Shown: in pieces, positions 60,407-64,000 of the stretch
Layout of the letters: each line of letters starts with the position of its first letter
How positions within the stretch are numbered: position 1 is the first letter of the stretch
Position numbers and translations under genes: made by a program
Notes under the pieces: generated by a model
Told to the model about the DNA's origin: nothing
What the model saw: only the letters and a program-made list of their open reading frames with translations
Databases searched by the model: none
DNA from: a virus
Taxonomy: Duplodnaviria > Caudoviricetes
Virus record (IMG/VR): IMGVR_UViG_2901201504_000001
Span: 32,001-96,000 of that record
Length of the DNA: 64,000 nucleotides
Direction: 5' to 3' (one strand)

Positions 60407-61399
60407 ATGAACTTAAGTCATTTTGACTTTTATAATAGAGAATTGAAAGAAAAGTTTTTAGAACAATATAATGAAGAAACTGCAAGAACATATGCGTATA
60501 GTTTAGCTCGTTCAAGATTTGAGGAAGAATTGTTTGGGAAAGATTTATATAATTTTAATTTAGAACAAATCTCTAAGATATTACCTAAATTTAAGGCGTG
60601 CAATCTAAATGGTGTAAAAAAACATGCATTAATTATTGATCTATACATGACATGGGCTGCTGAGAATGGTTATAGAAATAGTAATATAAGTGTTTTAAAA
60701 GGTATGGATAATGAATTCTACGAGCGTTTTGTTATGAACAAGAAGATGTTTATAAATGAAGACGAATTAAAAGAATATGAAGATACGCTTGTGAATTATC
60801 AAGATAAGTTAACTTTGAGATTACCATATGAAGGTTTGACTGGTTACAAAATGTCCTTGATGAGAAATTTAAACATAAAGTGTTTTACTGACAAACCTAA
60901 TGTAATTAGATCAAAAGATGATAGAAAAGGCGAAAGAGAAATTGAAGTTAGTGACAGATGTATTGAATTTATTAAAAAAGGTATTGCAGAGGATATCTAT
61001 TATGCTAAAAACGGTGAATCTGAAGGATATATTAAAGAATTACCATTGACTAGGAATAACTATGTAATAAGAATTAATGCAAAAAAGAATAAGGAAAATT
61101 CAGAAATTGATACACATAACCTTCACAGAAGATTGAAAGCTATTAAAGAAGGTATAGATTTACCTGCAATAACATTTAAATCATTGGAGAGATCAGGAAT
61201 GATTGCGTTTGCAAAAGATTTATTTGTTGAAAGAGGAAAATTAGGAAAAGAAGAGTTCAATATTATTGGTGATCGATATGATTTAAGTAAATTACATGCA
61301 GGAGGAAAAGAGTATCATAATACAACTATGATGAAGACATATATTAACAGGGAAAATATTTTAGAGTTATATGGAATTGACATAGGTGAAAATAATTAA
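60407..61399 (+). CDS. yopR: YopR/MrpR-like master repressor (catalytically degenerate integrase fold)
   Basis: FYNRELKEKFL, FGKDLYNF, LPYEG, FKSLERSGMI without canonical R/HxxR; synteny. Confidence 0.75.
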   Translation: MNLSHFDFYNRELKEKFLEQYNEETARTYAYSLARSRFEEELFGKDLYNFNLEQISKILPKFKACNLNGVKKHALIIDLYMTWAAENGYRNSNISVLKGMDNEFYERFVMNKKMFINEDELKEYEDTLVNYQDKLTLRLPYEGLTGYKMSLMRNLNIKCFTDKPNVIRSKDDRKGEREIEVSDRCIEFIKKGIAEDIYYAKNGESEGYIKELPLTRNNYVIRINAKKNKENSEIDTHNLHRRLKAIKEGIDLPAITFKSLERSGMIAFAKDLFVERGKLGKEEFNIIGDRYDLSKLHAGGKEYHNTTMMKTYINRENILELYGIDIGENN

Positions 61400-61407
61400 A
61401 ATGGTAT

Positions 61408-61458
61408 GTGAAAAATTAAATCACTATCACTGTAAGTCATGGTGCTTTAATTTTTCAC
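61408..61458. terminator. Long hairpin after yopR
   Basis: GTGAAAAATTAAA...TTTAATTTTTCAC. Confidence 0.55.
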
Positions 61459-61653
61459 CATACATAAATAAATTAAACTAAAAAATACTATTAAAGGAAA
61501 TAAACGCAATTTAACTATATCTATTGACCTATTTCTATATATTCACTAGGATAAAGTAATATTATAATGGAAAATCATAGGAAAATATTGTAGAATAAAG
61601 TAAGCGTTTATTGTTACTAGGAAAAAATAAATTAATTATGTATATTAAAAGGA

Positions 61654-61863
61654 TTACGGCCATTCATATAAATCATCAATAGTGCAATTCAACGCATTGG
61701 CTATAGTTTTAGCAGTCGCAAGAGACATTGTTCTTCTGTTTCTTACATAGCTATTTATTTCCTGTTTAGTTATACCTGTCATTCTTGATATATCAATTTG
61801 AGTTAGTTGAGATTTTTCGAGAATAGATTCTAATAAGCATTTCCCTACAGTCATTTTAGTCAT
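61654..61863 (-). CDS. XRE HTH protein (YopS-like)
   Basis: VGKCLL...TQIDISRMTGITKQEINSY...MSLATAKTIANALNCTIDDLYEW. Confidence 0.8.
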   Translation of the reverse strand: MTKMTVGKCLLESILEKSQLTQIDISRMTGITKQEINSYVRNRRTMSLATAKTIANALNCTIDDLYEWP

Positions 61864-62056
61864 AAATTACCACCACCTTTTTTACATAATAACATAAAGA
61901 ATATTTCCTTGTAATATATGGTAGGGTATTATGGTTTGTAGTATAATAGAAAAAACAGGAACACTTGTTCGTCATTTTGGTAGTCACAGAACAAAGAAGA
62001 AATATAGATTACTAAAGTTTCAATATACAGGATTACATAACAAAGGAGACCTTTTA

Positions 62057-62293
62057 ATGGGAAATAAAGTATTAATTGACCTTTCATTGTCAGTTGAATT
62101 TACTGGGACAAACGAAGAAGCTGAATTTGTTGTTGAAGCACTAAATGAGATTTTGAATACATATGCTAGTAAATTACCAGTAAATAATAAAGAGAGGTTA
62201 ATTGACATACTATCTTTGGAGATTGATAGTATGGAAGAAGTCGAGGCTGCTGATGATTATGTAGCAGTTACGATCAAAGATATGAATGAGTAA
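62057..62293 (+). CDS. Hypothetical protein
   Basis: RBS AAGGAG before MGNKVLID. Confidence 0.5.
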   Translation: MGNKVLIDLSLSVEFTGTNEEAEFVVEALNEILNTYASKLPVNNKERLIDILSLEIDSMEEVEAADDYVAVTIKDMNE

Positions 62294-62517
62294 AAATAAT
62301 GAAAGTGATTTAAATTGATTTAATAATAGCCCGTTGGGTAGTAAGGAAACTGACGGGTCTATTATTAGAAATTTTTGAAAAATAAGCTTTACAAATGAAT
62401 TAACATAATGTAACATTATAAATGTAGATAAAAAGGTTGTTTAAATCACAAACAAAAGTTAAATAACATAAAATAATAAAAATCACATTTTATTAGAAGT
62501 TAAGGGGAGGGAATAAC

Positions 62518-63063
62518 ATGAAAAACCTAATTAAAAGAGGAGAGATCGAAAGGCTGCAAAAGGAGTTTGCCAATATAAAAAGTACTAACTGGCACGAAAT
62601 TAATGTACCAAGAATGCTTGATACTTTAGAAATACTATTAAAGGAACCTATCAACGTCGATTATGCTGAATTAGCTTTTAAATATGAGAGCTTACTATTC
62701 TTTTATAAACAACAGATTACTGATGTGAAAAGATATAAAAGGCTTTTGTCAGGTTTAATGGAAGATATGGACTTTCAAATTGAAGAAAATGAAAAGATTG
62801 TATTGGCTAGGAGGAGAATTGATATGAAAGACTATTACGTTGAAGTTCCAGTAGTATTGAAATTAATGGTCGGAGTTAAAGCAGAAAATGAAAAGGATGC
62901 AATTGAAAAAGTATTTAATGAAGATATCATGATTAAAGCAGAAGAAGGAGATAACAGTACTCTTGAATGGCTGGAATACGAGTGGGAAATGTACTCAAAA
63001 GTTGTACAAGGAAATGTTTATTATGGTGGTATTAATGAAGCATATGCAGAAGAAGATGAATAA
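62518..63063 (+). CDS. Hypothetical protein, probably two fused genes
   Basis: Internal RBS AGGAG before in-frame ATG at 62824 (MKDYYVEV...). Confidence 0.5.
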   Translation: MKNLIKRGEIERLQKEFANIKSTNWHEINVPRMLDTLEILLKEPINVDYAELAFKYESLLFFYKQQITDVKRYKRLLSGLMEDMDFQIEENEKIVLARRRIDMKDYYVEVPVVLKLMVGVKAENEKDAIEKVFNEDIMIKAEEGDNSTLEWLEYEWEMYSKVVQGNVYYGGINEAYAEEDE

Positions 63064-63065
63064 AA

Positions 63066-63743
63066 GTGGAGGAGATCTTATTGAAAATAGAAAATGAGGT
63101 ATTGCCTGATTTATATTTAGAGACTGTTTATAACTACCTGGAAGAAACCACGAGCAAGATAGAATTCATTTTATCAGGCGGAGTCAGAAATAGGGGAAGG
63201 ACAAAGATGAGAAATAAAAGCAAATTAATAACTAGTAAAGAAATTACAGAAGTGTTGAATTTACTACATAAAGATTATTCTGATCTAGGTATGACAATTT
63301 CTATTTATTCAAAGAAATATCAAGTGCTTCTCGATAGACTGAATCCTTATAAACTATACATAAATAAACATGTTGCTAATCAAGCTATGAATGGAACGAT
63401 TGTAGGTAATCATCGAGAAGGATTAATCTCAGTTTTTCCATTTAACTATAGTGTGAAAGGAGGATCATATGAATCAAAAAATTCTGTGAGGAAACTGATT
63501 GCACTTGGAGTCATTATTCATGAAATTCGACATGCTTATCAAAGGAAACATAAAGTTGAAAAATATACATCAGAAAAATTGAATGGTCATGGTTATGATA
63601 CTCAATGGGTAGAAAGAGACGCTAATAAGTTTACACAACGTTTTATGAATAGATATAGAAACAAAATAAACGAAATTCTTAAAATCAACAATTTAAATTG
63701 GGAATATCAATGGGATAGATTAAGAGTGGATGAGATTAACTAA
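63066..63743 (+). CDS. Zincin-like (HExxH) protein
   Basis: IIHEIRHAYQ and WVERDA. Confidence 0.6.
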   Translation: MEEILLKIENEVLPDLYLETVYNYLEETTSKIEFILSGGVRNRGRTKMRNKSKLITSKEITEVLNLLHKDYSDLGMTISIYSKKYQVLLDRLNPYKLYINKHVANQAMNGTIVGNHREGLISVFPFNYSVKGGSYESKNSVRKLIALGVIIHEIRHAYQRKHKVEKYTSEKLNGHGYDTQWVERDANKFTQRFMNRYRNKINEILKINNLNWEYQWDRLRVDEIN

Positions 63744-63797
63744 TAAAAGTGGAGTTTTATTTTAAAAATAAATTAATAGATAAAAGGGGATTTAGTA

Positions 63798-64000
63798 ATG
63801 AAACAACGAGTTTTTAAGAATGAAAAAGGTCAAGACTTAATCGTAAAGCATCGAAAGTCAGCAATCATTTTTGCAGTTGAAGAAGTTAAAAAAGATATGA
63901 AGCCTGATTTTCGCTTTTATTTTTCAACCCAAACGTTTAAAGAATTTGCATCGTATATCGAAGAAATTTCGAATAAAGCATGGGCAGCTATTACTCCAAA
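63798..64000 (+). CDS. Hypothetical protein, truncated by window end
   Basis: RBS AGGGG, ATG at 63798, open to the end. Confidence 0.45.
   Translation, partial: MKQRVFKNEKGQDLIVKHRKSAIIFAVEEVKKDMKPDFRFYFSTQTFKEFASYIEEISNKAWAAITP

Larger units (their letters stand above)
28250..63760. repeat. Dispersed 18-bp palindrome ATAAAA-N6-TTTTAT at gene junctions
   Basis: Perfect copies at 28250, 29812, 31377, 35318, 38501, 41176, 52329, 55697, 56063, 56275, 62476, 63743 (also 8913, 12910); 1-mismatch copies e.g. 39648, 46353, 46789, 47944, 49688, 50077, 51715, 53437, 54584, 55238, 55377, 57772. Confidence 0.85.
1..64000. mobile_element. SPbeta-like temperate phage/prophage segment
   Basis: yonB-yonO late module, arbitrium locus and yopP-yopS block in SPbeta-like arrangement. 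Confidence 0.92.

Noticed and set aside
60407-61399. Active phage integrase
   Set aside because: Lacks the canonical catalytic Arg/HxxR; matches the YopR/MrpR repressor position; no att site or host junction in the window
1987-62416. Numerous short opposite-strand ORFs (e.g. 1987, 4338, 11620, 13443, 16675, 26077, 48376, 59192, 62020)
   Set aside because: Fully overlap well-supported genes on the other strand, lack RBS and show antisense-type composition
28250-63760. ATAAAA-N6-TTTTAT copies as intrinsic terminators
   Set aside because: A 6-bp all-AT stem is too weak, and several copies lie next to separate GC-rich terminators (e.g. 29773-29801, 53389-53412)
1-64000. CRISPR array, tRNA or rRNA genes
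   Set aside because: No regularly spaced 23-47-bp repeats with unique spacers, no cas genes, and no cloverleaf/T-loop signatures seen by eye; a tRNA scan was not run

Overview
This is an AT-rich 64-kb segment of an SPbeta-like temperate phage/prophage of a Bacillaceae host. Bases 1-16,000 (minus strand) hold the late head module (capsid, scaffold, portal, terminase), PIN-PhoH, HU and the YonO single-subunit RNA polymerase. Bases 16,200-22,900 hold an unusual DNA-handling island: a TubR-like HTH plus a tubulin/FtsZ GTPase with phased repeats, then pilin-like and VirB6-like membrane genes and an FtsK/SpoIIIE motor. A ~1-kb non-coding, strand-skewed region with DnaA boxes follows, then a yonT-like type I toxin-antitoxin locus. 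The long plus-strand early/accessory region carries CwlJ, a DNA methyltransferase, an orphan MazF, type II Thoeris, an arbitrium aimR-aimP-aimX locus (predicted peptide (A)RPPMGG), an RNA-repair cluster, a DNA ligase, YyaC, an IS3 remnant and the yopP-yopQ-yopR-yopS repressor block. Three signals stand out. (i) An 18-bp palindrome ATAAAA-N6-TTTTAT recurs at gene junctions (14 perfect copies found by eye plus many 1-mismatch copies), like a cassette-recombination or stoperator array, and an intact tyrosine recombinase is encoded in the window. (ii) The phage encodes its own MazF together with a MazE-mimic AimX. (iii) The tubulin + FtsK island has a sporulation-type promoter. All assignments come from motif reading and recalled family knowledge; no database searches were run.
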